Notes: a model not told the origin generated them from the letters alone. Shown: positions 47,901 to 62,382, numbered from the stretch's first letter. The stretch: DNA of 64,000 bases from Selaginella moellendorffii (GCF_000143415.4 NW_003314363.1:124001-188000), one strand, 5' to 3'. Program-made: numbers and translations.

Positions 47901-50756
47901 GGGATGAACCTACCCAATAGCCTAGGGAGTGGTTCCTCAATCCGGGTATGCTCACCTTATAATCCCACACACTGGGATTACATTGTTGCTTATGGGCCTT
48001 TACATGCCCATCACTAGCCTTGCAAAAATTCCATTTTTGGCTTTGTCCAACTCGGGTAGATAGTCCTCTCCTGTCTCCGCAACCTTGGACATTTGGATAG
48101 CACCTTCTATCCATCATTCGCTAGGGACTTAGTCCCTTGGGCTTTATCCATTGCCCTCGCGACATCAAACACCACCTTCTGGTGTTCTAGAGTGTTCGGG
48201 TGTCCCAATGATGGCTTTCTTGACAATGAGTATTTCTTTTTATGACATTGACTTACTATATCGCAACACAAGCAATTTATCCCCTGTAAGGGTATATCCA
48301 ACTTCCCTATGCTATTAAGAAGTCTTGGGTAGCTACCTTCTACTCGTTTAACCAGTTATTTTGCACCTCTTGATTAGTTGCCTCATAGTTGTCAAGTCCT
48401 ACAACTCATTGCTTGGTGCTTTCACACCTCCATCATTATCTGGGTCACTACACTCCAACTGCATGCTCTGCAGCTTAGGCTATGCTATTCCCATTTCCAT
48501 TGGGATTCCTTTGGCAAGGGTTCTCATGAACCCACCAACATAGCCTCAAGGTATCACACCTTGGCACATTTGGTGTCTCCACACCATCGGCTTCACGAGC
48601 CTACCTCTATGACATTTCCCCTTCGTGTCTAAGTCTTTGCCAAGACCAACACCGCTCTTTCTCATGCCAACCATCCGTTAGCACTGCACCATAGAAGTCA
48701 CACACAACTTTATGTCAAAGTTGTTTTCTTCTGGGAACACCTTTCCCACAACTTTAGCATGGCACATTTTGCCATCGATGAGGTACCCTCTGTTCTCATC
48801 CTTGGATCCTATGATCCCCCCCCATCCTTTGTGGGGTACAACACACCTCAGTCCAAATGCTTCCATTAGTCCTTTTATGACCATCCGTTAACTCTACTTG
48901 AGTCATCCAGCAGTTTTTGACTTGGTTAATCCACAGACCCGTAAGGTCCTACTTGTGAGGCACTAGCTCACTGGAATACACTTCTTGCATTCCTGTCCTA
49001 CTCAAAAGGACTATTTTCACAAGTGTTACTCCGACACTTGATTTTGTTCTCTGGGGCCAACCTTTGCCCCTTAGGACTACTTGTCCATGTGATGAGAACA
49101 CCAACTCATCCACTTAATACACCCCCAACTCCTTGGGTTGTTCCAGCATTTATTAGAGGTAGCCCCGGCTACCTTTTCAAGGACTTGAGTCCTCTTCCGT
49201 ATTTGACCTCCCACGGTCATTACTTCTGGTCTCACATTCATGAGCACCAACCTCAACTATATGAGGAAAATCTTGTGACTCCTTTATTGCTTTGGAGTCT
49301 TTATCTTTCCCGTGATCCCAACTGTAGTTGTTTACCACAACTACATTAGCCAGTTTGATAAGTCAAATGCTCATCTGGATCACATCCTCAACTCTTTGAG
49401 GAAAACCATATACTGTTCCCAAGATCCCAAAGTCGTTCCATTATTGGCCCTTTTCTATCCATCACCTCGTCTACAAGTTCACACATGAACTGTAATGGAG
49501 AGCCATGTCTTCCCGACTTGCTACTCCTCAAGGATAGGCCCACTCCTCGGACCTTCCGATGCCAACACTAGTGGTGATGTACTTGAGCACCAATAAAAGT
49601 CGGACTAAGGAACAGCTCCGATACCAAATTGTAAGCGACTAAATTTTCCATTCTACTTTAGTCACTTAACCACACCTCTGACCACTTGGAGGAGTCTCAT
49701 TCACAACCTCCATAAGTCCAATCTAGGACTTGGGACTTGCTAGCCCCGAGAATGGCATCCATGCCACTCAACATTTGCACTTGGTCCAAGTGCTCCACGT
49801 GTCCGATCCCCTGACCGACACTCAAAGGTACCACCGACATAGCAGCTCGTTACGCTAAGGCCATGCCCAATCACCTTTGCCACACTGGTAGTCCAATACC
49901 ACTTGCATCACCGTCTTGGCTCTCCAAGACTAGGCAAACCATCCGTGAGTGGTCATCTCAGATCCACTCCTTAGCATCCTTAGGATGCCCACCGACAAGG
50001 GGAATAGCCTTCCCCAATATCCCTCTGTCAGTCCCCACTAAGTCCCTTTCTGCCCCTGGCCGTGTTTGCCAACACTGCCACTGGATCGAGACCCACAGGC
50101 CCGACCACTAAGTCCCACGGTCCTCTGGGACTTCCTCACCACACGACTGTGTCCTTGGTCACTACCCCAGAGGACTGCTCCTCTTCCTTTCCACAGTCTA
50201 GGCCTTTGGGACAACATTTCGGAACACCGTGGCCTTACGCGAGCCACCTGGGTACTCTCCTCGCCTTCTGCCCTTGGGTGCTCTAGCCATGGGCTTAGAG
50301 CAGGTTCCGTTGAGCCACACCAGGTATCCAAGTAGGTAGTGCCACCCACACTTGGACTGGGAGCATCGGCCAGTCGATCTCCCGGGGGAAACTAGAGCCG
50401 GCTCTTGAACACTTCACCAAGCTACCCCGCTTGTCGGTCTGTGTTCACTCTAGTCTTGGACTTCCCAGTGGGCAGCTCATCACCCAACACTGGGTCCGGC
50501 CTTCCTGGGCCAAACTGGCCTTTCCTGGCCAAACTGGCTCCACTGCAGTCCTCCCCCTACTATACTTTTGGAGCTCACCAAACCCCCCAGGGTCTGGGAG
50601 ACGAACGCTTTGGGCTTTCACCCTCTCAGGCTCCGGACTCGGACTCGGACTCGGACTCGGACTCGGACTCGGACTCGGACTTGGACTCGGATTCGGACTC
50701 GGACTCAGGCTCGGGCTCGGTCTCGGCCTCGGCCTCGATCTCGGTCTCGGTTCCGA

Positions 50757-50794
<38 letters not shown>

Positions 50795-51352
50795 CCGGTC
50801 TCGGTCTCAACTTCGGACTCCATCTCGGACTCCATCTCGGACTCCATCTCGGACTCCATCTCGGGTCCATCTCGGGTCCATCTCGGACTCCATCTCGGAC
50901 TCCATCTCGGGTCCATCTCGGAGTCCATCTCGGACTCCATTTCGGGTCCATCTCGGGTCCACCTCGGACTCCATCTCGGACTCCATCTCGGACTCCATCT
51001 CGGGTCCATCTCGGACTCCACTTCGGACTCCAACTCGGGTCCATCTCGGACTCCACTTCGGACTCCAACTCGGGTCCATCTCGGACTCCACTTCGGACTC
51101 CAACTCGAGTCCATCTCGGACACTCCCACGTGTCATGTGTTGGTCCTTTTGGGTCCCTTTTTGGAGCCTCACCTTTTGCTCGCTTCGTGCTCGTTCCTCG
51201 AGCACTTCGTTGGGAGTTCCACTCCCGCTCTTGACTTTTCAAGTCGGAGCTTTTGGTCCAAACGTGTTACACTCGTTTGGCTCTCGCTTCGGCCACTACC
51301 ATGTGGCGCCCTTCCGGCTCCACTTTGGGGCCTAGGGATTTTTTGTCTCACA
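43842..51352 (-). mobile_element. Young non-autonomous LTR element E (LARD-like), no recognisable gag/pol
   Basis: Near-identical LTRs of about 1.7 kb (43842-45575 and 49630-51352), perfect TSD CAATC, PBS TGGTATCGGAGC, PPT flank ACTCCACCACCCATAG as in element C. The 4 kb interior has no long ORFs. Confidence 0.92.
44843..45345. repeat. Hexamer/dodecamer minisatellite inside LTRs: (GGACTC)n, (GGTCTC)n, (CTCGGACTCCAT)n
   Basis: Seen directly. Related arrays at about 50632-51120, 32503-32727 and 38880-39197. Confidence 0.95.
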
Positions 51353-51387
51353 CAATCACTCTTCAACTTGCCTTCACAAGAACCAAA

Positions 51388-54300
51388 GGGTGCTGTGGGG
51401 GGTTCCAAATGTATAGTAAGGATAGTGGGTAGGTTGAGCAAGGCTGACCAACTTGAGGCATAGTCTAGCTCCCGCTTGCATGGCTGTCCTTATTTTGCGT
51501 CTGCCTTGGGTCTAAGCCCAAGTTCCATTCCATGCTAGCTAGTGGAGTACCCATATCCTTGCGTTAGGCCACCGGTATGTTAAAATAGTGCCAGACTCCG
51601 TTTGGCTCTGTTTTGCATACTGGTCCTGGCATTGGGATGTTGTTGCTCCAAAATTGTTCCAAATCGCTTCAGGCTCCTGTCCCTTCGCTCTTTGGGCTGT
51701 ATGCTTGATGGTCCAATTTCGTCACTCCTTGGCTCCATGCTTGGGAGTTTGGCACCATTCCTTCGTTCAGTGGCCCAAGGCCCTGAACCTCGGGTTCCAC
51801 ACCATTGTCCTATGGACATGTGGCATTTGACATGTGGTATATGACATGTGGCACATGGAAGGTTTAGGTTCCGCTTCGTGGTATTATCCTATGGTAAATC
51901 ACCATAGGATAAAAGGTAAAAACGATATGCATTACATTTGGTATTAGAGAATATGTCTCAACAAATACTATTCAATGAGATTGGGCAATTAGTCTCATTG
52001 CATATGCAGAGATGAAAATGATAATCCAAGTGGGTATACGTTTGGGTGCAAAGACTTCGCAATTATTCCTTAAGTATGGATTTGGTTACCTTTTTGTACT
52101 ATAATAATGTGAGCTTGCTCTTGGGCTCATAAGATAGAAACATTAACTCTTCTTTTCATAAAACTAGCATAGTCTACGACTAAATCACTTTTCAAGGAAA
52201 AGCTAAAGCTCAAAACCCTAAAAAAATAATCTCATCTAGAACACAACTAACTCAAACTTGCCGCTCAATTCATTTGAACGTCAACATAGTTGCTAACTAG
52301 CAAATGTGCAAATACTAATAACACAAAGCCACAACCAAATCATCAACACTATCTCTATTAAGACTAATGAAACTCAATATCAATTTTAAGGATAAACATC
52401 TCATCTCACTTGAATCTCAATATCAATAATATCAATGACAAGGCATCACTTCAATACTATCAACACCATAATAAAGCTAAAAGAAAGCAAGAGTGAATCA
52501 CCACTCAAAACTCTTTAACAACCAAACTAACCAAAGTTGAAGATATTATATTTAGTATCTGAGATCAATCCTTCAACAATACTCAGGTACATATAACACA
52601 TCATCAAGGAGTGATTCACCACATCCAAGACTTAATGAAATCCAACACCATAAATGAAACACAACCAAATGATATCAACAGAGGTAGAATTAACATACGA
52701 ATATGGAAAACCTATGTAAGTCTAATGACACGATCCTCCGCAACACATCCGGTAAAGCAAGTCTATCACTGCTAAATCTTCATTGAGTGAAGCAAGTGTC
52801 AACAGTCCTCAATGAAGCCTACAAGAAATCACTAGTTGCAAAGTAACCAACAATCAGTCTTCAACTTGCCTTCACAAGAACCAAACACCAAACTCGTGCC
52901 ATCAAGTCATATACTTGTCCAATATGAACGTAATACCCTAGATACAAGATAAAGGTTCATGGATAAACACGAATTAAATGACCACTCGAATCCAACTCAA
53001 CCGCAATAAGCTCACCAATGCATTTAGCTAACAGCTCTGAGCATACCTTGAAGAAGTTAGCTATGTATGATCAACACTCAGTTGAAACCAAAGTGAAGAT
53101 CATGAGATAAACTCATATTAGTACACAACCTCCTCATAGACAAAGCTATAGTATAGGTACTAACATCTCAAACTCACACAACTAAATTGGACCTCACCAT
53201 CCTCAATCAAGGGCTACTAAAACTAAGTCAAAATTAGTAAGAGCTCACTACTCTCATAGAGTCTTAACGAAATGCAAAATGCAACCTACCACCGAGCATA
53301 ACACTATAGAAGAAAGGCACAAGGGTTACCTTTCTTAGAAAAGTGCAACATATAAGACAATCATTTTCAATATGCACCAAGATAGGGACTTTTGATTGCA
53401 TACCATGAACATGAGCAATGAGTCACACTTTGTTGCAAATTATCTCTTCAAGAGAAAATGATTTACATGTTTGATCCTTCATCCCTGACAACTTTCTTTT
53501 CGGCCTCATCTTTGACTAAACCTCAAACTTGCTTTCACACTGTCTTCAGTCTAATCCAAGAAAAGTTTATGAGAGAGTACGGCAATGACTATTTGAATCA
53601 ATAGACTAATCCCTTTAGTCTTGATTGATCCACTTATAATCATGCCTAGGAAAGATCCATTAGTGCTGTGCTAAACAACTATAGACCAGCCTATTTGCCA
53701 CTCATAACAAACTCAGAGAAGGTTTACCTTCACCCACGATGTATGGAACAATTCATGGAACTAATGGAACAACTCATAGAACCACCGATAGGTTAATATT
53801 AGTCCTGCCAACTCAAAGTGTAACCTTAAGTTGCTAATGTGCCTCACTCACAAGCCCAAGCATAAACTCGTGCAAACAAATATTGGAATGTTTGAATCTT
53901 TATTGGATTTGAGTTGGAATATATTGATTATTGATGATTCTTTTTGTACTTGTTATGAAGTGAGTTACGTCTTGTTATAGATAGATTCATGGAGGATTAT
54001 TTAGTGATCACTTGTTGAGCATAGCTCCATTGTGCTTGGCTTTTGGATTGATGCAGATATACTCTCTATTAGGTTTGCATTATAAAGTTTAGTTTATTAA
54101 TGTGTTGAGAAAGATATTGTGGGTTATACCATGATTTCTTCTTTAGCATTGAAGTTGGTTCATGCGAAACTTGTGATCATTACTTAAGTCTAAGATGTTG
54201 AAGTTAGTGTTTGCATCTAGCAATCATTGGTGATGATTGACTATCATCTAAGATAGTTGATTATCTTTGTCAAAGGTTTTGTTTGATTATTATTTGTATG

Positions 54301-54490
54301 GAAAGATTTGCTATTCTTCGAGATGGTGGATTCCTTTTTCGACAATGATTATGCATATCTTTTGATAGGATGATTAATGATCTTCTATGATAGTTAGTTG
54401 TTTTTTTTTTATAGCTTATAGCTTTTCGCATTACCACATGTTATTTGTGGTTTACTCTGGATTGGTCTCTTGGATTTGAGACATTAATAG
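51388..54490 (+). mobile_element. Element D copy 2 (LTR 3' half, PBS, AT-rich non-coding interior); tandem duplicate carrying the empty site of element E
   Basis: 51401-52855 matches 42387-43841 (offset 9014) and has a single CAATC at 52851-52855. Confidence 0.8.
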
Positions 54491-55073
54491 GAGGGGGGGG
54501 GGGGGGGGGGGGGTTCCAAATGTATAGTAGGGATAATAGGTAGGTCGGGCATGATCGACCAACCTGAGGCATAGTCTAGCTCTTGCTTACGTGGCTGTTT
54601 TTGTTCTACGTCTAGCTTGGGTTTAAGCCCAAGTTCCATTCCATGCTAGCTAGTGGAATACCCATATCCTTGCGTTAGGCCACCGATATGCTGAAATAGC
54701 ACCAGACTCCATTTGACTTCGTTTTACGTGCTGGTCCTGGCATTGGGATGTTGGTTGCTCCAGGATTGTTCCAAGTCACTCTGGGCTCCTATCCCTTCGC
54801 TCTGTGGGTTGTATGCTCGAGAGTTGCTCCATGGTCCGATTCCATCACTCCTTGGCTCCATGCTTGGGAGTTTGGCACCATTCCTTCGTTCAGTGGCCCA
54901 AGGCCTTGAACATCGGGTTCCACACCACTGTCCTATGGACACGTGGAATGTGACACATGGCATATGATATGTGGCACATGAAAGGTTTAGGTTCTGCTTC
55001 GTAGTGTTATCCTATAGTAAATTACCATAGGATAAAGGGTAAAAACCACATACGGTACATGTGGTATCGGAGC
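54491..55073 (+). mobile_element. LTR 3' half (A/D family) plus PBS
   Basis: Poly-G, GGTTCCAAATGTATAG, end ...GGTACA at 55059, then TGGTATCGGAGC at 55062-55073. Confidence 0.75.
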
Positions 55074-55579
55074 AAATGGCACAGGCTCAATTCCTATTGA
55101 TTAATGGTTACTTAAAAATATAATATCCCCTTGAGCAAGGTATATTCCTACCCCTAAATTTGAAATCATACATATTAGGCATTCATGCATATGTCCTTCC
55201 TCTTGTGTAGAGTATCCACGGACGAAGGTATCCACCATGGGACTACGGTACGAGTGGATGACTAGTTACCTCATATGAAATAGCTGATCTACACAATGGA
55301 AGGATTGGTAAATTTAATGTGGAAATGGAGGTGTTAGTTCCTCTTGGCTCAGTAAGGGTTATTAGTCAATAGTCAATAAGGACATTGATATCTTTGAAAG
55401 GGGGGTGAGTGTAGTGCATGTGATCATGGGATGAGATTTGAATATAATGTCACCATGGATCCTTAGAACCTTGGGGGATAAATGGGGATAAAATAGCCAC
55501 TAAGGGCTCTCTCATCAAACAATTAAGAGTTTTCTAGTTGGTGTAAAGGGAGAGAGATATGGTTCCAATATTTAGTATT

Positions 55580-56081
55580 TCCAATATTAAATATAGAATG
55601 TCCCTAGATTGCGAATTTGGACATGAAACGAACACTATTGTGTTCAGGCTGACCTTTACATTCCGTAAATATGCCAAATGAGCGAATCTAGACACTTCCC
55701 ATAAATAGCATTTGGGACCAAAATGAGACTAACACAAAGGGCGTGATAACAAGGGTGTTTGGCAGACACAGTAAGCTATCATCTAACAATATTGAGGGAC
55801 TAATCTCAATAGAGGGTTTTTGCCAAGCCAGTGCAAGACAAAGCAAAAAAGAATTAACAAGCCGAGGCAAGTATACTTGGCTAAATACACACTTAGGATT
55901 CCTTCCTTATGCTCATCCGGCCAAGTACAGATGCTAAGTCCAGTTTACTAACACTTGGACAAGAGGGGCTAATAAAGGGAACCAGCAGTATCGACCTTCT
56001 GCCATCATGGCAGTAAGGAAAGAGTGTTCGTAAGGACTAGCCGACAAATATCTTTTAATACCCGAAGTCACATTTGCGACA
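55580..56081 (-). mobile_element. LTR 5' half (A family) in inverted orientation
   Basis: Reverse complement TGTCGCAAATGTGACTTCGGGTATT... matches 29978 onward. Confidence 0.8.
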
Positions 56082-58619
56082 CACACAACTCAGTCAAAAG
56101 CAAAACAAAAGTGACAACAATTTTACAAATGCCAATGGTTATATAAGGATTGTGCTAAGGTTCCAACCCAAGATGCATCAAGAAGGGCAACAGGCAGGTT
56201 AGTGTGGGGATAGAAAGCTTGGTGGCAGAAGACTTCAAGGAGTTTAGTGAACAAACATTTTACAAGATCATCAAAACAGCTTATTATAATTTGTTGATCT
56301 CATGCTTCTTGGTGGTGCCACAAGACCCTGTAAATAGTTAATGAATGAATGAAGTTATGTGAAGATCACTTTGGAGGCTATAATAGGCTTTCCAAGCTGT
56401 ATCCACGTGATCAATTACCCCTGTATAAAACTAAATACATTGCTCTTTGCCATCAGTGTTAAACCTTAGCTTACTGTGGCCAAGGAGTTTTTGGTTTTGC
56501 TAGTGATTTCTTTATATACTTAACATCAGCCCTCACTTATCAATATTTTAGTTTGTGTAGTGCTTCCTTCCATTTCACATTTATCTATTTTACTAAGCAA
56601 GTCTTCAGGTTTTTTCAGAATTTGATCACCCAAATTTGGATGTTGAACATATGCTAGATTCAAGGACTATATACACACCAACTGTACTGACACTGAATTA
56701 AACCATGGATTAAACTGTGCTCACCCAAAGCAGATTCTGTCACGAATAGTTTGAATGTCAGGGCCAGATTGTTACATTATGATAAGTCAAGTGAACAAAC
56801 ATATGCTTATATTTATCCTGCTGTCCCATAAAAAAAGCTTTCGAGAGCCTTCCTCCATTCCATTCTCGTTATCATTGTTATCGCCTTCAGGAGCTTGATG
56901 TGTAGTATATGAGGAGTTGAGCACAGTTCGTGTTGGATTGAAGTATTCGTCTGGGCGCTTCTGTCTTTTATTCTATAGTCACGACAATTCAAGGTATTAT
57001 AAATGAGTGTGAGCAATACGTATAGGAAGAGATTTATCCTTACTTGAGTCAGTTTTATTAATAATTCACAAGTACGAATCTGTTAGAAAAAGTGCTTTCT
57101 TGTGTCACCTAAATAATTTGTTGTGTGTTGCATGCAACAACGCTTGATTTGCTTAATTGTAGTGTCTTTGAATAATCCAATTAATCAATAATTATAAACA
57201 TGTTTATAATTTTTAAATCAAGATTAATCTTATTGCATATTAACCATTAGATGGTAGAATAAAAAAGAATTTACTAGGAGGTGTTTAGGAAAATTATAAA
57301 TTATAAACAAGATTAATCTAAATAAATAACAACCATCATATGGTAGAATATTCTAAAATATTTAAATACATTTTAGGTATATCTACAGGTTTTGTTTAAG
57401 CAAACCAAAAAGAATTAATCTCCAGGTATTCCTTTTCAAGATTACTACAGATCATATCTACAAACAAACTCAAACAAGCTAGATCAGATCTCTCACAATG
57501 TGAGACCAACTCCCATGTCTTTGCAATGACCAGGGAGCTAGTCCATGCGCCAGTGGCACGTGAGGAAGCCATGATCCTCTAGTTTCGTTCGTGCGTTTCT
57601 GGTATCGTAGCAACTAAGAACTTTTTCCTGTGGAAATGAAACGGCTTGCATACTCTCAGTACGATAAAGGAAAGCATGAACAAGGCGTGCGCTAGCTTCA
57701 AATTTGTATTTATCCGTCAAAATCATTCTTTCCATCAAACTTTTCGTCCCTTCACAGAGGAAATGGTTACAAGGTATTTGGTATTACACGTTCTTTAAAA
57801 GCTTCTAAATTGTCCAGTGTCTTTTATGGCTTTTGTGCTTCTACCGTTCTCTGAATGACAATCCTCATTCTCTGTTCGTCATATGAGAGATCTCTGGATT
57901 TCTACCGCGTGATTGTCGGAAGAGTCATTCTGATCCACTGTCCACAAGAGTAAAATTTTCTTAGCGATAGCAGAGATTGTGACTTACCAGCGTCAAAAAG
58001 ACCAAAGTCCTCATCGTCAACGTGGCTTTGGCTTGAGGAAGTTTTTGTCCAAGGCTGTGAAATGCGAGCTGTGAAAGAAAATGGTCAGCACTAACTATAG
58101 GAAGTAATTACATTTGATATCTTGAGCTTGTCGGGCTATGAAGCTCCAAATTATTGTCGGTGCAAAAAGAGGCCCTTTATTCCAATCTAAATAGTGATAA
58201 TAATCCCCAACGACTTCCAGCTTTTCCAGCATTGTTGATGTGAGCCTCCATATGAGGATTGCTGAACGTAGGAAAACGCAAAATAGACATACCTTGACAA
58301 CGACAATAGCTGTTGTAGTGGTGAATATCGTCTCACCATTAGATTTTGTTGGTAAATCACGCTTGCTCTGCAAAGCCAACCCGAACGCCATGACTCCTTG
58401 CAAGCCTATCAATAAAAACCATCAGCTCCGTACCGCTAAACCAAAGGGCCTTTTGATGCTTGAGAGGTATTTTCCTTGCAACTGGCCGAACACATAAAAG
58501 CTGTTGACAAAGGCAAGCGGATATTCTAATACATTTACCATGAATCCGACTTCGCTAAATCCAAGCCTGCAGCAAAGGCGTAGACGTGCAGCAGCACAGG
58601 AAAACTGATTCAATGTACC

Positions 58620-60838
58620 TCAACCAAGCCTGTTTGATCCAGGCCTTGCCACCAATCCGCTCGTGGACCAGCCGGCAGCTTGGAGCCCCTGTATCAGCTC
58701 GTTGAAACTTTGCTGCATGCTCTGGTACGAAAGTTTAAGTAGCTCGTCTTTAGAGAGGCTCTGTTGATTGTGAATATGTCTCAAGTATGAAGCTTGTACT
58801 ACGGCTCTCAACATATCATGTGGCGACGCCGATTTCTTGAGTACGACCTGCACAGCGCAGTTCGCTTCTGCTGTTACAAACGGACACAACGTGTCTGCGA
58901 TGTTACCTTAAAGCAATGACTGTCGTCATATGTTAAGAGGTACTCCTCTCCACTGTAAAGATCAAGCAACGCTTGAGCAGCTCCTCTGCTAGCCACTGCT
59001 TCGCCAAAACTGACTCCCAGTTTTAAGTTCTTCTCGATGTCAGCCGCGGCACATTTCGATTCGCACGAAATAGACAGCTATTGCCAACACACTTTGAGGT
59101 GAGCAAAAAGCGACCAACATGCGTACTAACCGGTGCTTTCTTGCTGGAAAAAAAGTCTGCGACCGTGAAAATGGGCTCCACGGAGTTTACGTCTCTTACG
59201 GATGGAATTCTCTGCGTCGTCAAATATTCTGCCATGATAAGGCCTGCACAAAATGGCATCTTTTCAGTCTCAAGTAGGCTGGACGAGCACGCAAGCACCT
59301 GTTCTGTAAGGATTCAACGTGTGAAGCTGCACGGCTTGATAAGACTTGAGGTTGCACAAAACATGCACTGCTGTCACTGTACCAAAAGATAGTACTAGCA
59401 AAGGTCCGGATGATCCAACTTTGCTCGATATTCCAATGCCCAAAGCAATTCCAAGCGACTTGCTCACCATTCCTTGAGCTTCACCTTTAGCAATAACCTG
59501 CGTACACGTGAGTTTAAACTACAACGGCAGCGCTTGTAAACTCAGACCTCTGCAAAGTTGTTTTGAGTTGCAAAACCAGCGTAGAAACAGCTCCTTGTTG
59601 CCGCCTGAATGGAAATTTTCGAAAGCTCTCCTTGTAACAACACTTAATTACCTGAATCAAACCAGCAGCGGACTTCCCAGCTCCAGCAACCGCGGTAAGA
59701 GGAACAAAGAGATGTGGAAACGTCGGAGTAAGCAGCTCCAAACCACATGCACCATCTTCAATCAAGTCCGATAATAACCTCCAACCCTTTGGATGGACGT
59801 CGAAGTGACGACCATACTTTGAGAGCACGATCTTACTAAGGTATCCAATGCCGTCCTTGAGAACCCAATTGATTGCGGCTGCCGTGGGAATGGCACCTTT
59901 TCCTAGTCCAACTGCGTAAAGCAAAGCCTATACAGAAAAGAGATTTTGTTGTTCAATCGAAATCCTCCTGAAGGAACAAAAATTAAAAACCGAACCTGCG
60001 TAGTCAGGACTCCACTTATTTGGCTCGCTATGATCTGTCCCATCCTCCACAAAGTGTACTCCGTGTAGTCATCACTCACAGTCTTCGGGTATCCTATGGG
60101 AAGCATCGTTGTCTTGAGAGCATCCAAACACCAGCTGACAATCTCGTCAACTCCCAGCTTGCGAGATCTTCCCGTGCTCACGGCGCCAGCTTTGTCAGTT
60201 GAAGGAGAAGATTTGCCTTTGCTGTTCTTCTCTCTTTCCAGGCACTCCTGCTCGTAAGCCATGGCTTCGTCTTCGCTCATCTTCGTGACGTCCACAACCA
60301 GCGCCATGCTAGCCTCATCAACGATATATCTCGTCCATTTCCCATCCTTCACTTTCCAGATAGCATCGTCACTGATTCTACCAGCTTCATGCGTCAGAGC
60401 CTAGAGCTGACTGCTGCCATTACTACTGTGTACGAGAACGCAAACCCCCAGTGCCGCACAACACAAATATCTCAAGAGCTTGATCCAGTCCTTTGGATCC
60501 TTGCCACCATCGTTGTCACTACTATCCCCATCTCCTCCATTCCCAAAATTCTTAAACCCTCCATTACCGTCACCACCACTGAAATGCTCCAAATCGAGCG
60601 CAATCTCGATCTTCCTTCTCGACTCATCGCATCTGTTCTTCCCTATATTCCTACACGAGCTCCGGCCGTGACGATCCGGGGCATCGTGAAATGCCCGGAG
60701 CAAACCTCCGATCCCCCGCGTCTGCTGGTGCGCTACAGCTAGAATCTTACCAGCACGCCTCGGATTACGCGCGGACGAGCACCGATCGAGCCTCCTCCAG
60801 CCGGGCGCCTTGGCCGCGCCTACGCCACAAGAGAACAT
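58620..60838 (-). CDS. RUS1: ROOT UVB SENSITIVE 1-like (DUF647), plastid transit peptide
   Basis: [74 protein letters not shown]. Multi-exon. Confidence 0.93.
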
Positions 60839-60887
60839 TTGCTAAGAACCCTAAAAAAATGAACTAGATTGATTTGTTCCGAGCTCT

Positions 60888-61355
60888 TTAGCTCGTAGCA
60901 TACATATCGAGGAGCTCATTGAGAGCTTCTCCGTGGAGCTCGGCTGGATCATAGTTCTCCAGCGTCCACAGGAGATGCTCAAACATGACAACCTCGCAAG
61001 AGATTCTCACCAGCGCGTCCTCCTCCTCCTCCTCCTCGAGATTGCTCGCCGCGGATTTTTGGACGAAGGATTTAAACAGTGGATGCTTCAAGTGGCGCGC
61101 TTCCACCACGTATCGTCTCGCTTCCTTGCCCACGTAAACCACGAACGCGTCTTCTGGAGCTCTTGCCTCCTCTTTTGCGATGATCTTGGATGCTCGCTGC
61201 GGCTGCTGCTTGTGATCAAACTCCTCCAGATCGCTCGCGCAAGTTGATAGCGGCGACGCCGACTCCAATGAAGCATACGATCGCCCCGATCGCTTGAGCT
61301 TCTTCTGCCACTTATCCACGATTCTCTTCACCTTGCTGCTCGCGCTCCCAGCCAT
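60888..61355 (-). CDS. SAUR: SAUR-like auxin-responsive protein
   Basis: APEDAFVVYVGKEARRYVV..HLKHPLF ... ISCEVVMFEHLLW. Intronless. Confidence 0.88.
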   Translation of the reverse strand: MAGSASSKVKRIVDKWQKKLKRSGRSYASLESASPLSTCASDLEEFDHKQQPQRASKIIAKEEARAPEDAFVVYVGKEARRYVVEARHLKHPLFKSFVQKSAASNLEEEEEEDALVRISCEVVMFEHLLWTLENYDPAELHGEALNELLDMYATS

Positions 61356-62382
61356 GAATCTCTCGACGGCGCTTAGATACGCAACATATAGATGAGGAAA
61401 ACACCAACACAAACTGGGGAAAAGATGGATTTTGGGAGAGTAGCTTGCTTGCTAAGAAGAAGCTATGGCGGCCATGGATTGCATCAGAGCTTCCTTCATC
61501 TTGGAAAGGATGAGTGTTTGTTCGCCGCGTTTTAATGCGGAGAATGCGAGTTGCGACAGATGAAGACACAAACGGAGTTAATACCAACGGGTTTGTATAA
61601 AGGTTGTATCAAAGATGATGTGTAACCGTCCCTCGTCCGCCATAGCCAGAGAGCAAACAAACAAACGAAGAAGAGAGAAAAAAAAAAGGGTGGCTTTTCT
61701 GGTCGCGTTCTCGTCCAGGGCTGTCAATGGAGCCCCTAGCTGTCAATGCTGCGACCGCTGCGACTTACGTATTTTTTGCGTTAGCTGGCTGGCCACTCCG
61801 ACAGCCGTCTTGTTTCGCTGTTTTTTTCGCTGTTTTTTGCGAGATCAATCAATCAAGACCAAATCTCTGTCCAGGAAAGCTTGATTCTCCTCTCTTTCTT
61901 TTTGCTTCCTCGTGGTTCTAGAGATCATCTCTGGACGGAATGCTCGAAGATGCGGCCGTAAGATTGCGAGAAAGCATCAAAAGTTTAGTTTTTGCGAGCG
62001 ATGGTGATCGACGAGGAGATCCTTTCGAGCCTGGCATGATATCTCTGCTCAAACAGCCAATTGCTGCGATGGATGTGTGGTTGTGGACGCCAATTGGGGT
62101 GCGTGAAGAGCAGGAAATCCAGTCGCTTTCGACACTTTCGCTTGCTTTTTATTCCAACTTGTAGTACGCGGATGAGTACGAAATTACGTTTCTACTCAGA
62201 TAAGCAAGTTACGGGGTTACAGTTTGAGTATCGTGATTAGAGTTTGATTTTCTTCACAAGGACGAACGATTTACAAAAACCCAGCAGACCCACTAGCCGA
62301 TCTACTCGATCTTGGTGCTGCTGGCTTGGATCCATCTCCTGTGGAGTAGAGGGCTTCCTCTAAAACCTATATTAGAGAGCTT

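Noticed and set aside
43842-51352. Retrozyme (hammerhead-bearing non-autonomous LTR element)
   Set aside because: I found no CTGAnGA...GAAA core by eye, and the element is far larger than typical retrozymes. An Infernal search would settle it.
29978-56081. Whole TE island bracketed by inverted LTR halves with CACAT/CACAC flanks, resembling one giant TIR element
   Set aside because: The TSD is imperfect and low-complexity. Other inverted fragments of the same family (about 41716-41808 and 55213-55280) point to independent opposite-strand insertions.
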